Source: Candidatus Falkowbacteria bacterium
GTDB lineage: Bacteria; Patescibacteriota; Patescibacteriia; Patescibacteriales; UBA12465
Assembly (NCBI GenBank): GCA_037134915.1
Contig: JBAXLJ010000003.1
Span: 81,084-145,083 of the forward strand
Length of the DNA stretch: 64,000 nucleotides
Direction of reading: 5' to 3'
Numbering within the stretch: the first letter of the stretch is position 1; the number at the start of each line of letters is the position of its first letter. Of the stretch, positions 1 through 8,582 are shown piece after piece. Below the pieces are notes generated by a model, which worked only from the letters and a program-made list of their open reading frames with translations, was not told the origin of the DNA and made no database searches. The position numbers and the translations under genes are program-made.

Positions 1-664
1 CAACATTCTTAATAGTTTCCATTAGAAGAGAAATAGTTTTAGTGGAGTCGTCATTAGCTGGAATCGGATAAGTAACTAATTCCGGGTTAACGTTAGTATC
101 ACAGATAGCGATAATGGGAATATTCTTCATACGCGCTTCAGTGACCGCAGTTTCTTCCTCTTTAATATCCCAGACAAACAAAGCGTCAGGTAATTTAGTT
201 AAACCAGTTAAACCGCCAACTCGTTCTTCTAATTTTTTAATTTCGCGAGCGAATTCTAACTGTTCTTTTTTAGTATACTTTTCTAATTTACCACTAGCCT
301 TATTTTCAGTTAACTCCTTGTAATTTTGAACAGATTTTTTAACAACGGCAAAGTTGGTTAAATATCCACCTAACCATTTACCGACGATGTAAGGCATTCC
401 GGTTTCATCAGCCATTTTTTTAAGACCAGCCTTAACCTGATTTTTGGTGCCAACAAATAAAACACTCTTACCCTCGGAAATCAGTTGGCTCATAAATTCC
501 ATTGCTTCAGCTAATTTCTCGCGGCTTTTATTTAAATCGATGATATAAACGCCTTTCTTGTCAGTAAAGATATAAGGCTTCATCTTAGGGTGCCAACGAT
601 TAGTTCGATGGCCAAAGTGCATCCCGGATTTTAACATGTCTTCTACGCTTGGTAAGTTTACCAT
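1..664 (-). CDS. rpsB: 30S ribosomal protein S2, 3' end truncated by window edge
   Basis: Minus-strand translation from the ATG at 664 reads MVNLPSVEDMLKSGMHFGHRTNRWHPKMKPYIF...SVLFVGTKNQVKAGL...ANDDSTKTISLLMETIKNV, matching S2 signature motifs (GxHFGH..RWNPKM, LFVGTK). It is in frame to position 2 with no stop. It is absent from the ORF track, presumably because it runs off the window edge. Confidence 0.8.
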   Translation of the reverse strand, partial: MVNLPSVEDMLKSGMHFGHRTNRWHPKMKPYIFTDKKGVYIIDLNKSREKLAEAMEFMSQLISEGKSVLFVGTKNQVKAGLKKMADETGMPYIVGKWLGGYLTNFAVVKKSVQNYKELTENKASGKLEKYTKKEQLEFAREIKKLEERVGGLTGLTKLPDALFVWDIKEEETAVTEARMKNIPIIAICDTNVNPELVTYPIPANDDSTKTISLLMETIKNV

Positions 665-856
665 AATGTTTTTTCTTTTATCCTCCTCTTAAATAAGAGA
701 AAGCGTCCACTCCGCGAGTCTATATTTAAAACATAGACAAGAAAAATGTTCAGAGTGTGATAATTAACTTAATATTAAATAAAAATAGGTGGGGCTAAGA
801 TTTAGCTCACCTATGGCTTATAATAGCGGAAAATTTAAGGACTGTCAATATTTTGT

Positions 857-896
857 CTAAAATAAAACCCCTAATCAAATTGATTGATTAAGGGTT
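857..896 (-). terminator. Intrinsic terminator downstream of the vWA gene, closing the kinase/PP2C/vWA operon
   Basis: A 13-bp stem with one mismatch (aacccctaatcaa / ttgattaagggtt, 866-878 and 884-896) has a 5-nt loop. On the minus strand it is followed by ttttatttt. It sits 36 nt after the stop at 932. Confidence 0.45.
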
Positions 897-931
897 TAAA
901 ATTATTTCGAAACTTTTTGTTTCTTGTTAAG

Positions 932-1720
932 TTAAGCTCCGAAGCCTCCCATGGCTGTTTGGCTAAAACTGGCACCTCCCTGGCTGGCACGAACCGCAGA
1001 CTGTGAAAAAACCTGGAAGGCTCTTCTAACTTCGCTTTCACTGCCGCCAGGAGTCAGGATCCATTCAGCGGGAATTCCCATTTCCTCAAAAATCTGACGG
1101 AACTTAGTTGTGCCATCATCAATACCCATCCCGGCAATGATGTGATTTTCCGTCTTCAGCATGTCGAGCACCACCTGCTTAATTTTGGCCGGTGTTTGTT
1201 TGCGAGAATGTTCATCCGCGCCGTCAGTGACAATCAAGGTCACGCTGCGGCAAGCCACTCCGGAATTTTCAAACTCCTGGGTTTTGGCTAAAACGGTGGC
1301 CAATATAACCGCTGTCTCATCATACAAAGGAGTACCCCCCATCGGATTGTAATTGTTACTGTCCATCACGATGGCCTGATCCAATTGAGTATAACTGTAA
1401 AGAATTTCTCCATTAAGATACCGGGTCATCACCAGGATTCCATCCTGTTGTTTGGATTTTTTAAGCGAACTCAGGACCAGATTATGTCCATCGCGGACTG
1501 CCTGGCTGTTACCGGCAAAACGGATTGAACCGGAATCGTCCATCAACATTGCTACAATCACCACTTCACTGGCCGTTACATTATCAACGTTAACGCCCAG
1601 ACCGGCTTGAATCTGAGCCCCCATATCATTGATATTAATGGCCTGTGCAGCCATCGGTGACAAATTGCCTTCAGTAACAATGTTACCTATCAATTCATTC
1701 GTACTACTACTGTTTCCCAT
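932..1720 (-). CDS. von Willebrand factor A (vWA) domain protein, TerY-like
   Basis: MIDAS motif DDSGS (VIVAMLMDDSGSI). LIVTDGADE is a typical vWA beta-strand/Thr-Asp motif. Alpha/beta alternation runs over about 200 aa. The N-terminal 50 aa and C-terminal Gly/Ser/Ala-rich tail are non-vWA extensions. Confidence 0.75.
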   Translation of the reverse strand: MGNSSSTNELIGNIVTEGNLSPMAAQAININDMGAQIQAGLGVNVDNVTASEVVIVAMLMDDSGSIRFAGNSQAVRDGHNLVLSSLKKSKQQDGILVMTRYLNGEILYSYTQLDQAIVMDSNNYNPMGGTPLYDETAVILATVLAKTQEFENSGVACRSVTLIVTDGADEHSRKQTPAKIKQVVLDMLKTENHIIAGMGIDDGTTKFRQIFEEMGIPAEWILTPGGSESEVRRAFQVFSQSAVRASQGGASFSQTAMGGFGA

Positions 1721-1753
1721 CTTTTATTGTTTTTATGGTTAATGAAAAAAAAT

Positions 1754-2797
1754 TTACAACACCATGTCAGGCCAATTTTCCATCGGCCCGACAGATTTTA
1801 CCACATGCATTCCGGCATCGCGATACTTCTGCAAAGCCTCTTCAGCTTGCGGCGTAAAATCGAGACCAGCGGCCGGGATAACTACCGATGACATACAGTC
1901 TTCCAAAATATAAACCTTGCGGGCTAAACTCGGGTCCTTGGCCAAAATTTCTTCCAAGAAGTCATCAATTGATGATTTCACGCAGTGGCTGGCAGCTTGT
2001 CCGGCAATAATGACGTAATCATTTTGGAGGAGTTGCTTGGTAAACATGGCATTTTTCTGAGCAACCACGTTTGAATCATGAGCCAGCAAAACTTCCGGGC
2101 GAAAAATGGAATAATTTTCGGTCAGTGGATTTCCTCCCTTTATCTGTACTTCACTCTGGATAAAACGGGCATATGAATGAAACATGCGCGCTTCATTTAG
2201 TATTCCAACTAGAGCGTGACCTTCATCACCAATCAGGCAGTGTTCCGGCCACAACAACAGAACATATTTTCCCGTCCTTTCCAGCTCCGCTACGTAATGC
2301 TCCACATACTTAAGGAGCCAAGTGTAATTACCGTTGGCAATCCAGCTAAGAGCTGGGTTGGGACGATAATCACCGCGGCGAATCTGTTCAGCGGTAATGA
2401 CAGTAATTGATGGTAACGGTGACAAGCCTGTCTTAGCGTCAATCCAGAACGATGGAAAGAAAATTTGAAACGCAAAGTGCGTATCCATCGTAAAGACTGT
2501 ACTGGTAATAATATCCAGGTTCCGGTAAATAAATTCGGCGGTCCTAATTGAATCATCAATTGCGCCAGTACCACTGCGGCCACCGACATACAAGGTACCC
2601 TCAGGAAAACAAAAATCCTTTTGAGTGTCAATTACCATTAAGGCAATTTTTGTTTTGGCTGAAGCTGATGCATGAACGGCATGTTCCTGGCGCCAGTCTT
2701 GAGCGGCGAGAAAAACGTTTCGCAGATTGGGACGATATTCCCATTTTGCATTGTTGGGGTTAAATAACCCCGGAATCGGAAGAACTTGATTTTTCAT
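1754..2797 (-). CDS. Isochorismatase-family cysteine hydrolase with nicotinamidase (PncA)-like active-site and metal-site motifs
   Basis: VIDTQKDFC matches the PncA Asp motif (compare VDVQNDFC). MDTHF and WPEHCLIGDEGHAL match the PncA metal site (D/H...WPPHCVSGTPG). The Lys is in VQIKGG. The catalytic Cys is in GQAASHCV (compare ATDHCV). At 347 aa it is longer than canonical PncA: about 55 extra N-terminal residues and about 90 inserted between the metal-site motifs. Confidence 0.65.
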   Translation of the reverse strand: MKNQVLPIPGLFNPNNAKWEYRPNLRNVFLAAQDWRQEHAVHASASAKTKIALMVIDTQKDFCFPEGTLYVGGRSGTGAIDDSIRTAEFIYRNLDIITSTVFTMDTHFAFQIFFPSFWIDAKTGLSPLPSITVITAEQIRRGDYRPNPALSWIANGNYTWLLKYVEHYVAELERTGKYVLLLWPEHCLIGDEGHALVGILNEARMFHSYARFIQSEVQIKGGNPLTENYSIFRPEVLLAHDSNVVAQKNAMFTKQLLQNDYVIIAGQAASHCVKSSIDDFLEEILAKDPSLARKVYILEDCMSSVVIPAAGLDFTPQAEEALQKYRDAGMHVVKSVGPMENWPDMVL

Positions 2798-2831
2798 CTT
2801 TTTTTTGTGTTCGTTTTACAATAACAACTAT

Positions 2832-4700
2832 TTACTTCAAGGATAAACTCCAAATTTCTTTTGACTTAACTATCATCAGGCCATCTTTTCCCGGAAACAA
2901 ATTTGAATTGGCATCGACAAATCGAGCCGTATCCGGAAATTCTTTGGTAACAATTAACTTATCGCTGTCTGGTTCAATTCGTACAATACCATCGTCAGTG
3001 GCGGCCAGTAAAAATTTACCGGCGGCACATTTACCGCGAATAGTACCTAACCAACTACCATCGCCTTCTGGAGTTTCAGTGCTGGCTAAATAATTACCAT
3101 TTTCATCCATCAGATAACAGCGATTAATTGTGTTACCACTAGCCCGGGTAGACACTAAGAACCAAATTCTATTAGCTCCAAAAACACAAGTTGAATCAAT
3201 TAACTGTCCACGTAACTGCGGCAATTTAACTGAATCATTTAAGTTGTGTCCTAAAGCGCTAAAGACAAAATATTGGCTCATCTGACCGGCTCGGTAAAAA
3301 CCAAAACCGAATTTAGGTCCAACCCAAAACAAAGTTTGATTAGACAGCACGTCCCCAATTCGTTCAAAATATGAACTATCGAGTTCGCTCATGCGCCCCA
3401 ACTGACCATTAGTAATATAAAATACTGATTGTCCGTTAGCGGCAATAAGCGGTAGCTGTCCATAACTTTCTACTGTTAGTGAAACAGGAATCTTGGCTGG
3501 CTCAAAGATTGCAGCCTGGTTTCCCTTCGCCATGATTGTTCTTATTCCACTTAAACGATAGCGCGTATAGGGGTCTGGATTACCGTCACTCACTATACCC
3601 TTGTCTTCTCGGTAGTAATGACCATCTTGATTATATAACCAGATTAAACGGCCATCTTGATTGTCGGCAAAAATAATTCGTCCGTTGGTTTCGAAAATTT
3701 TTCTAGCCGTAACGGTTGCTGTTATTACTTCCTTCACTGACTCAACCGCCACATTGCATTCCGGGCAAACTTTACGAGCATGCTCGGCCCCGCACTTATT
3801 ACATTTAGTCCAACGCAGGTCACTAAGAAGGTTAAGCGGAAAAATTCCTCTCTTATCTTTCTCAAAAACTTGGTGAAAATATTGCAATAAATCATCCGGG
3901 AGAATCTGAAAAGGACGAGCCGGTTTCGGGTAACGCACTTCTGAATTAAACACCGTCATCCTTTTTAGCGGACGAGCATCGTTGTTTATACGAGGCTTAT
4001 TACCGTTAGGCTTATGTATGCCGCCATAAGGTCCCACATATAGAAGGCTCTGCATGAGCATTATATTGTAAGAATACCAATCTCCAAAAAGATTATGGGG
4101 TTTAATAAGCTTAGGCGAATGCGAATTGGGGTCGCACAATAATGGATCAACAAATTTACCGGTAAATAACCGACAATAAAATTGCCCAAATTGCATACTA
4201 TCAGCATCAATCAAATAAGTTTCGCTTCCCTTTACTAATACATTTAAATCATTAAAGTCCCCGATAACCGCGTTTGCTTGATGCACTCCCAAAATCAGTT
4301 GATGAAGGTCTTTGAAGACCTCAATAATTACCTGATCACTTATCCCTCCTTCGCGAAACGATCTCTCACCATAACGAAGCAGTACTTCCGCAGGATAGAT
4401 AAAAGGCATCACATAACCAACAATTTTTTGATTGCGAGTGTCTGTTGCCAGTTCTCTTGGAGCAATAACTTTTGCCGGTAGATTCTTCGGGAAAGCCGGT
4501 AACTTCAATTGATGTTCCGTTAAGCGCAAATTAGCAGCTTGCTGCTCAAGCAGCAGACCTTCATAATCAGTATGACTGGGCTGCTTAAAAAGTTTAAGTA
4601 CCCGGTTATTACCGATATCATAAATATCCGCCTCACCTCCCTTGCCGATAACTTTAGACGGGTCCAAGGTGATGGCTGTAGCTCCGATATTAACTCTCAT
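2832..4700 (-). CDS. Atypical Ser/Thr protein kinase-like protein with central zinc ribbon and C-terminal beta-rich domain (TerY-P kinase component)
   Basis: Gly-rich loop VIGKGGEADIY. Beta3 Lys in VLKLF. Alpha-C Glu in LLEQQ. Catalytic loop HQANAVIGDFNDLNVLV (the D and N of the HRDxxxxN equivalent). DAD replaces DFG in LIDADSMQFG. CNKCGAEHARKVCPECN is a CxxC...CxxC zinc ribbon. About 300 C-terminal aa are rich in G/D/Y/N beta-like repeats (YNQDG, GKFLLAATDDGIVRI). Confidence 0.65.
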   Translation of the reverse strand: MRVNIGATAITLDPSKVIGKGGEADIYDIGNNRVLKLFKQPSHTDYEGLLLEQQAANLRLTEHQLKLPAFPKNLPAKVIAPRELATDTRNQKIVGYVMPFIYPAEVLLRYGERSFREGGISDQVIIEVFKDLHQLILGVHQANAVIGDFNDLNVLVKGSETYLIDADSMQFGQFYCRLFTGKFVDPLLCDPNSHSPKLIKPHNLFGDWYSYNIMLMQSLLYVGPYGGIHKPNGNKPRINNDARPLKRMTVFNSEVRYPKPARPFQILPDDLLQYFHQVFEKDKRGIFPLNLLSDLRWTKCNKCGAEHARKVCPECNVAVESVKEVITATVTARKIFETNGRIIFADNQDGRLIWLYNQDGHYYREDKGIVSDGNPDPYTRYRLSGIRTIMAKGNQAAIFEPAKIPVSLTVESYGQLPLIAANGQSVFYITNGQLGRMSELDSSYFERIGDVLSNQTLFWVGPKFGFGFYRAGQMSQYFVFSALGHNLNDSVKLPQLRGQLIDSTCVFGANRIWFLVSTRASGNTINRCYLMDENGNYLASTETPEGDGSWLGTIRGKCAAGKFLLAATDDGIVRIEPDSDKLIVTKEFPDTARFVDANSNLFPGKDGLMIVKSKEIWSLSLK

Positions 4701-5554
4701 GATTTTCCCTCCTCAACTTTTCTGCGTATGACAATCAACGTCGTATCATCTTTAAGCGGACCGCCAATAACCGTTTGGTTTTGGACAGTTTCGCGATTAA
4801 TGATATTAAGTCTCCGACGTACCTGATCCGGATTATCAAAGAAAAAATCTTGTTCCCAGAACTGACTGAGTGGTCCAATTAATTCTTGTTTACCAGGAAC
4901 AGCTTGATTAGCTATTTTAGAAAACTTTTCAGCTCCATCAGTAGCAATCAAAATACTCTTTACTTCGCTAGTTGCAGTTGCTTCGTTTATCTGGATATCT
5001 AACCAATTTTCATTAGTTTCCTTAATATTTGACCCAGTTAAATTATAAGCAAAATATGGTGGAGCATTATTTATAAATGGCCCCAGCAAATGCAAGTCGC
5101 CGTTTAAACAATAAAGTCCATCACCAACTGAAAAAATGTAAGTTGTCTCCGGCGTTATAAGCACGCCTACAAAAGTAAACAAAAAATAATCATTGACTAC
5201 TTTTGTCAGGCTTGGGCCTAAAAGTCCGGTTATGAGCGTTAACTGATTAACAATCTCCTTCTTAACTCGCAACCAAAAATTTTCGCGAGTTATCTGCGCG
5301 CCCGGCTGATAATGAACCAACTGGATGTACTGATTAAGGATAATCTGGCTAATTAGTTCCGCTCCTAACTTGGCACCAACTTCACTGTGAGCACCGCTTC
5401 CGCAGCCATCACAGACTATTGCCACCTTAACTTCCGGGCTAACTTTCCAAAGGAAAGCGTCATGGTTGTTTTTGGCGCCTGGTTTGCCAGGCAAAGAATG
5501 ATCAGTGCCAGTGACTGAGCCACCGGCAATCTGAAAGCTGAGATTTTTATCCAC
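4697..5554 (-). CDS. PP2C-family Ser/Thr protein phosphatase
   Basis: PP2C motifs in order: GTDHSLPGKPGAKNNHDAF, IVCDGCGSG (the DGxGG metal site), SVGDGLY, IATDG, DDTTLIVI. There is a 4-bp overlap (ATGA) with the downstream kinase gene. Confidence 0.8.
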   Translation of the reverse strand: MDKNLSFQIAGGSVTGTDHSLPGKPGAKNNHDAFLWKVSPEVKVAIVCDGCGSGAHSEVGAKLGAELISQIILNQYIQLVHYQPGAQITRENFWLRVKKEIVNQLTLITGLLGPSLTKVVNDYFLFTFVGVLITPETTYIFSVGDGLYCLNGDLHLLGPFINNAPPYFAYNLTGSNIKETNENWLDIQINEATATSEVKSILIATDGAEKFSKIANQAVPGKQELIGPLSQFWEQDFFFDNPDQVRRRLNIINRETVQNQTVIGGPLKDDTTLIVIRRKVEEGKS

Positions 5555-5601
5555 TTTTAACTATTTTTATTTATTAAATTATTAAAAAACAATAACCCTC
5601 A

Positions 5602-5629
5602 ATACTACATTATTTATATATTTTGTCAA
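5602..5629 (-). promoter_or_regulatory. Sigma-70-like promoter for the PP2C-kinase-PncA-vWA operon
   Basis: The minus strand reads TTGACA, a 16-nt spacer, then TAGTAT. This is the reverse complement of plus 5624-5629 and 5602-5607. It lies about 45 nt upstream of the PP2C ATG at 5554. Confidence 0.3.
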
Positions 5630-5645
5630 TAGTTTCTTTGTTTAC

Positions 5646-5675
5646 AAAACACCACTTAAAAACCAGTGGTGTTTT
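5646..5675 (-). terminator. Putative intrinsic terminator after the transglutaminase-like gene
   Basis: Hairpin aacaccact / agtggtgtt (5648-5656 and 5665-5673) with an 8-nt loop, followed on the minus strand by ttttg. It sits between the stop at 5712 and the next operon promoter. Confidence 0.3.
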
Positions 5676-5711
5676 ATGCTAAAAATTTGTATTTAAAGGG
5701 ATTTTTGGTCA

Positions 5712-7196
5712 CTATTGCTGATAAAAACTCTTAAGCCCCTCATTGTAAGCATTGACCCGGTCATTATAAATTGCTAGTTGATCTCGGTAAACTCCCAATT
5801 CATTATTATATTGAATCACCAAGGCGTTATAAGTAACGACTAAAGTGTTATAAGCCTTGATATCACCGCTCGCTTGATAAGCACTCAGCTGGGCTTGCTG
5901 GGCACTTAAAGAAGATTGTTTGGCGGCTAAAGTCGTATTGCTTTGAGCCATAACCAACTTTTGACTTTCAATCCAGGTTCTTTCGGCTTCTAAGCTAGCA
6001 GCTTTACTCCTAGTGTTTGAAACCCCTTGGTAAACTAAACCCTGAGTTTTTTGAAAAATTTCAATTTTACTTAACCGCGATGAATCAAAAAGATTAGCCA
6101 AGCTGTCGCCGCTACCAGATAAAGCTTGCCCGTTAGAAATTTGGGGAGGAATAACTCCCACTGGAAAATAATTAGTGGTTTCCACGTAGCAATAACCGGA
6201 ATTATTAATTGATTCGGCCAGCGGACAGCTAATACCCGCAGCTGAATGATTTAAATCTGGAAAATCTAAAATAGCCGCTCCATAACCTAACTCACGTAAA
6301 ATGGCAACGGCTAAAAAAGTTTTATCTGAACAGATCCCTTTATCTTTATATAAGGTTTCGTAAGGGTAATTAGGCTGCAAAGTGTCTTGGTTTAATTTGG
6401 CATTATCATAAGGAATATATTGCACTAAAGCCAAGAGAAACTCGGCTAATTGATCTTGGCTTAAATTCCGACTAGCGGCCACACTCTTACCGTAAGCGAC
6501 TAAATCTTTAACCGCGGTATCACCGCTTTTCTTGTTAAAAAAAATGGCATAAAATTTTTCTCGAGAATCAAGTGGTTCCACATCACCTGTGTAATAAAAA
6601 GTTTTAGGCGCTGCGGCATAAGCGGAATTTAAACTTTTTTTAAGAGGTAAATCAAATTTAAAATTTTCTAAATTATAAAGCCAAGACAAGGGGTTAACAT
6701 AATCACTTGGACCAGAAATAACTGCCGCTGAAGCGGTCACTGGAGAGTTAGTCGCGCTTAGTATTTTATTTAAATTACTATTGCTAATTCCTAAGCCTTG
6801 AGATCGAAATAGCCACCAAGCATCTTGAGGCTGCCCCAAGTAATACCAATGCCGATTTAAATCGACATAATAAGCCTCCCCATGACTCTGAGGCCGAAGA
6901 TATAAACGACCACGAGCCCAAACAGGGGCGCCTTTACTCCAACTGGCAAATTCTTTTTCCGAGATGCCAGTGCTTAAGCGACGCATTAGATTATAAGCAT
7001 CATTCGGTTTTCCTAGATAATATTTTTTATTGTCTTGTGGATTAACATACCAAGCTTCACCATGGCTTTCGACTTGAAGTAAAATTCTACCAGATAACTG
7101 TCCGGCTAAAGTGACCGCTTTAACCGGGTAAACCAGTAAAGCACTACTTAAAAAAATAGTTCCAAGTATTAAAGTAAATTTTAATCTTAAAGACAT
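5712..7196 (-). CDS. Secreted transglutaminase-like (papain-fold) protein with two N-terminal tandem repeats and C-terminal Q/A-rich coiled coil
   Basis: Signal peptide MSLRLKFTLILGTIFLSSALLVYPVKA. Two copies of a roughly 45-aa repeat (QSHGEAWYVNP..YYLGKP.DA..L). GICSDKTFLAVAILRELGY resembles the transglutaminase-core Cys motif. The C-terminus is heptad-like and Q/A/S-rich. Confidence 0.45.
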   Translation of the reverse strand: MSLRLKFTLILGTIFLSSALLVYPVKAVTLAGQLSGRILLQVESHGEAWYVNPQDNKKYYLGKPNDAYNLMRRLSTGISEKEFASWSKGAPVWARGRLYLRPQSHGEAYYVDLNRHWYYLGQPQDAWWLFRSQGLGISNSNLNKILSATNSPVTASAAVISGPSDYVNPLSWLYNLENFKFDLPLKKSLNSAYAAAPKTFYYTGDVEPLDSREKFYAIFFNKKSGDTAVKDLVAYGKSVAASRNLSQDQLAEFLLALVQYIPYDNAKLNQDTLQPNYPYETLYKDKGICSDKTFLAVAILRELGYGAAILDFPDLNHSAAGISCPLAESINNSGYCYVETTNYFPVGVIPPQISNGQALSGSGDSLANLFDSSRLSKIEIFQKTQGLVYQGVSNTRSKAASLEAERTWIESQKLVMAQSNTTLAAKQSSLSAQQAQLSAYQASGDIKAYNTLVVTYNALVIQYNNELGVYRDQLAIYNDRVNAYNEGLKSFYQQ

Positions 7197-7200
7197 AGAA

Positions 7201-7875
7201 TTAATCAGCTAAAGTGATAAACAGATCTTCTTCTGGTGGTTGTGGTAAGTGATCAACGTTATTTATAAAATTAAGTCGCACATAACCATCGCGATCAATG
7301 ACAATTTTAGACAGTGATGACTGAAAAATCTCCTGAGATAAAAAACCAATTACATCCGCATTAAGAATGCCGGTAAGCAGCGCTTTAATAAAATTACCAT
7401 GAGTAAATAAAGCGATGGTTTGCCCGCGGTTATTTTTGAAGATTTCATGAAGTAAGCGCCGGGCATCAGCCTGCATGCTATCTAATTGAGCATCGAGTTC
7501 CAAATAATTTTTTAATTTCTTCGGGCGCCGCGCTTCACTGGTATTAAAATAAGGGATACGATACCAATCCCACCAATCAATTTCATTAAGACGAGAATCG
7601 ATTTCGATTTTAAGCTTCAGAATATTGGCAATCGGCGCGGCAGTTTCCTGCGCGCGTTTTAGCTCACTACTATAAATTCGATTGATTTTCAACTTAGCCA
7701 AACGTTCCGTTAAAAAACCCAACTGTTCATTACCGAAAGATGACAGCGGCATATTAAAATCTCCCAGTTTCCTTTCTTTAGTATAATCCGGGTGACAATG
7801 ACGAATTAAATAAACCACGGTATAAGGCCGACGAGTCTTTGGTCGTAATTTAACGTAAGGGTTTTGATAAGGCAT
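7201..7875 (-). CDS. Histidine phosphatase (phosphoglycerate mutase-like) family protein
   Basis: LIRHCHPDY matches the RHG catalytic motif. RAQETA matches R..QTA. There is a second His in LFTHGN. Confidence 0.6.
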   Translation of the reverse strand: MPYQNPYVKLRPKTRRPYTVVYLIRHCHPDYTKERKLGDFNMPLSSFGNEQLGFLTERLAKLKINRIYSSELKRAQETAAPIANILKLKIEIDSRLNEIDWWDWYRIPYFNTSEARRPKKLKNYLELDAQLDSMQADARRLLHEIFKNNRGQTIALFTHGNFIKALLTGILNADVIGFLSQEIFQSSLSKIVIDRDGYVRLNFINNVDHLPQPPEEDLFITLAD

Positions 7876-7879
7876 GACT

Positions 7880-8476
7880 TTAATCCTTAAGATTAGTCAA
7901 AGCAAAGTCCCAATTAGCTAAATTATCTAAAATGCCACTAACATAATCGGCGCGGCGATTCTGATAATCTAAATAGTAAGCGTGTTCCCAAACATCAATC
8001 ACAAACAAAGGGTGCTGACCATGAACCATTGGGGTGTCAGCATTAGCTGTTTTAACAATTTTAACGTTGGAATCTTCTTTAACTAACCAAGCCCAGCCAC
8101 TGCCAAATTGTGACAGAGCGGCACCCTTAAATTCTTCAATCATTTTTTCCCAAGAACCAAAAGAATGAATAACCGCATTTTTAAGTTCAATCGGAATTAA
8201 AGTTTCTTGGCTGGCCGGCTTTAAACACTTCCAGAAAAAACCGTGGTTATAAGCCTGAGCGGCGTTATTAAAAATAGCCTCCTTGCCTTCCCGACCGGCA
8301 GTTTTCAAAATTATGTGTTCCAAACTGTCATTTTCCATCGGGGTTCCGGCCACTAATTTATTCAAATTATCAATATAAGCCTGGTGATGCTTACCATAAT
8401 GAAATTCTAGGGTCCGGGCCGATAAATGAGGCTCTAACTCGCTAGGGGCAAAGGGTAAACTTGGTAAAGTAAACAT
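7880..8476 (-). CDS. Fe/Mn superoxide dismutase
   Basis: HYGKHHQAY and DVWEHAYYLDYQNRRADY are diagnostic Fe/Mn-SOD motifs. At 198 aa it is full length. Confidence 0.9.
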   Translation of the reverse strand: MFTLPSLPFAPSELEPHLSARTLEFHYGKHHQAYIDNLNKLVAGTPMENDSLEHIILKTAGREGKEAIFNNAAQAYNHGFFWKCLKPASQETLIPIELKNAVIHSFGSWEKMIEEFKGAALSQFGSGWAWLVKEDSNVKIVKTANADTPMVHGQHPLFVIDVWEHAYYLDYQNRRADYVSGILDNLANWDFALTNLKD

Positions 8477-8527
8477 ATTATTTATGGTTAATTATTAATC
8501 TTTTAGTCTATCTATTATAGCAAAAGC

Positions 8528-8556
8528 TTGACTAAAAAGGAAACTGAGCTTATAAT
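8528..8556 (+). promoter_or_regulatory. Near-consensus sigma-70 promoter on the plus strand in the sod-rlmN intergenic region
   Basis: TTGACT (8528-8533), an exactly 17-nt spacer, then TATAAT (8551-8556). It points away from both flanking minus-strand genes. Confidence 0.4.
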
Positions 8557-8582
8557 TAAAGCTCTAATTTAAAAAGTAACGC

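Noticed and set aside
1161-2763. Plus-strand ORFs 1161..1352, 2216..2410 and 2548..2763, and minus-strand 2290..2631, inside the vWA and PncA-like genes
   Set aside because: They lie entirely inside longer ORFs with strong motif support. Their translations are low-complexity or Arg-rich off-frame products.
1754-2797. Reading the isochorismatase-family protein as an EntB-type siderophore enzyme
   Set aside because: It lacks an aryl-carrier domain and any siderophore neighbours. The D/H/H metal-site and DFC/HCV motifs fit the nicotinamidase clade better.
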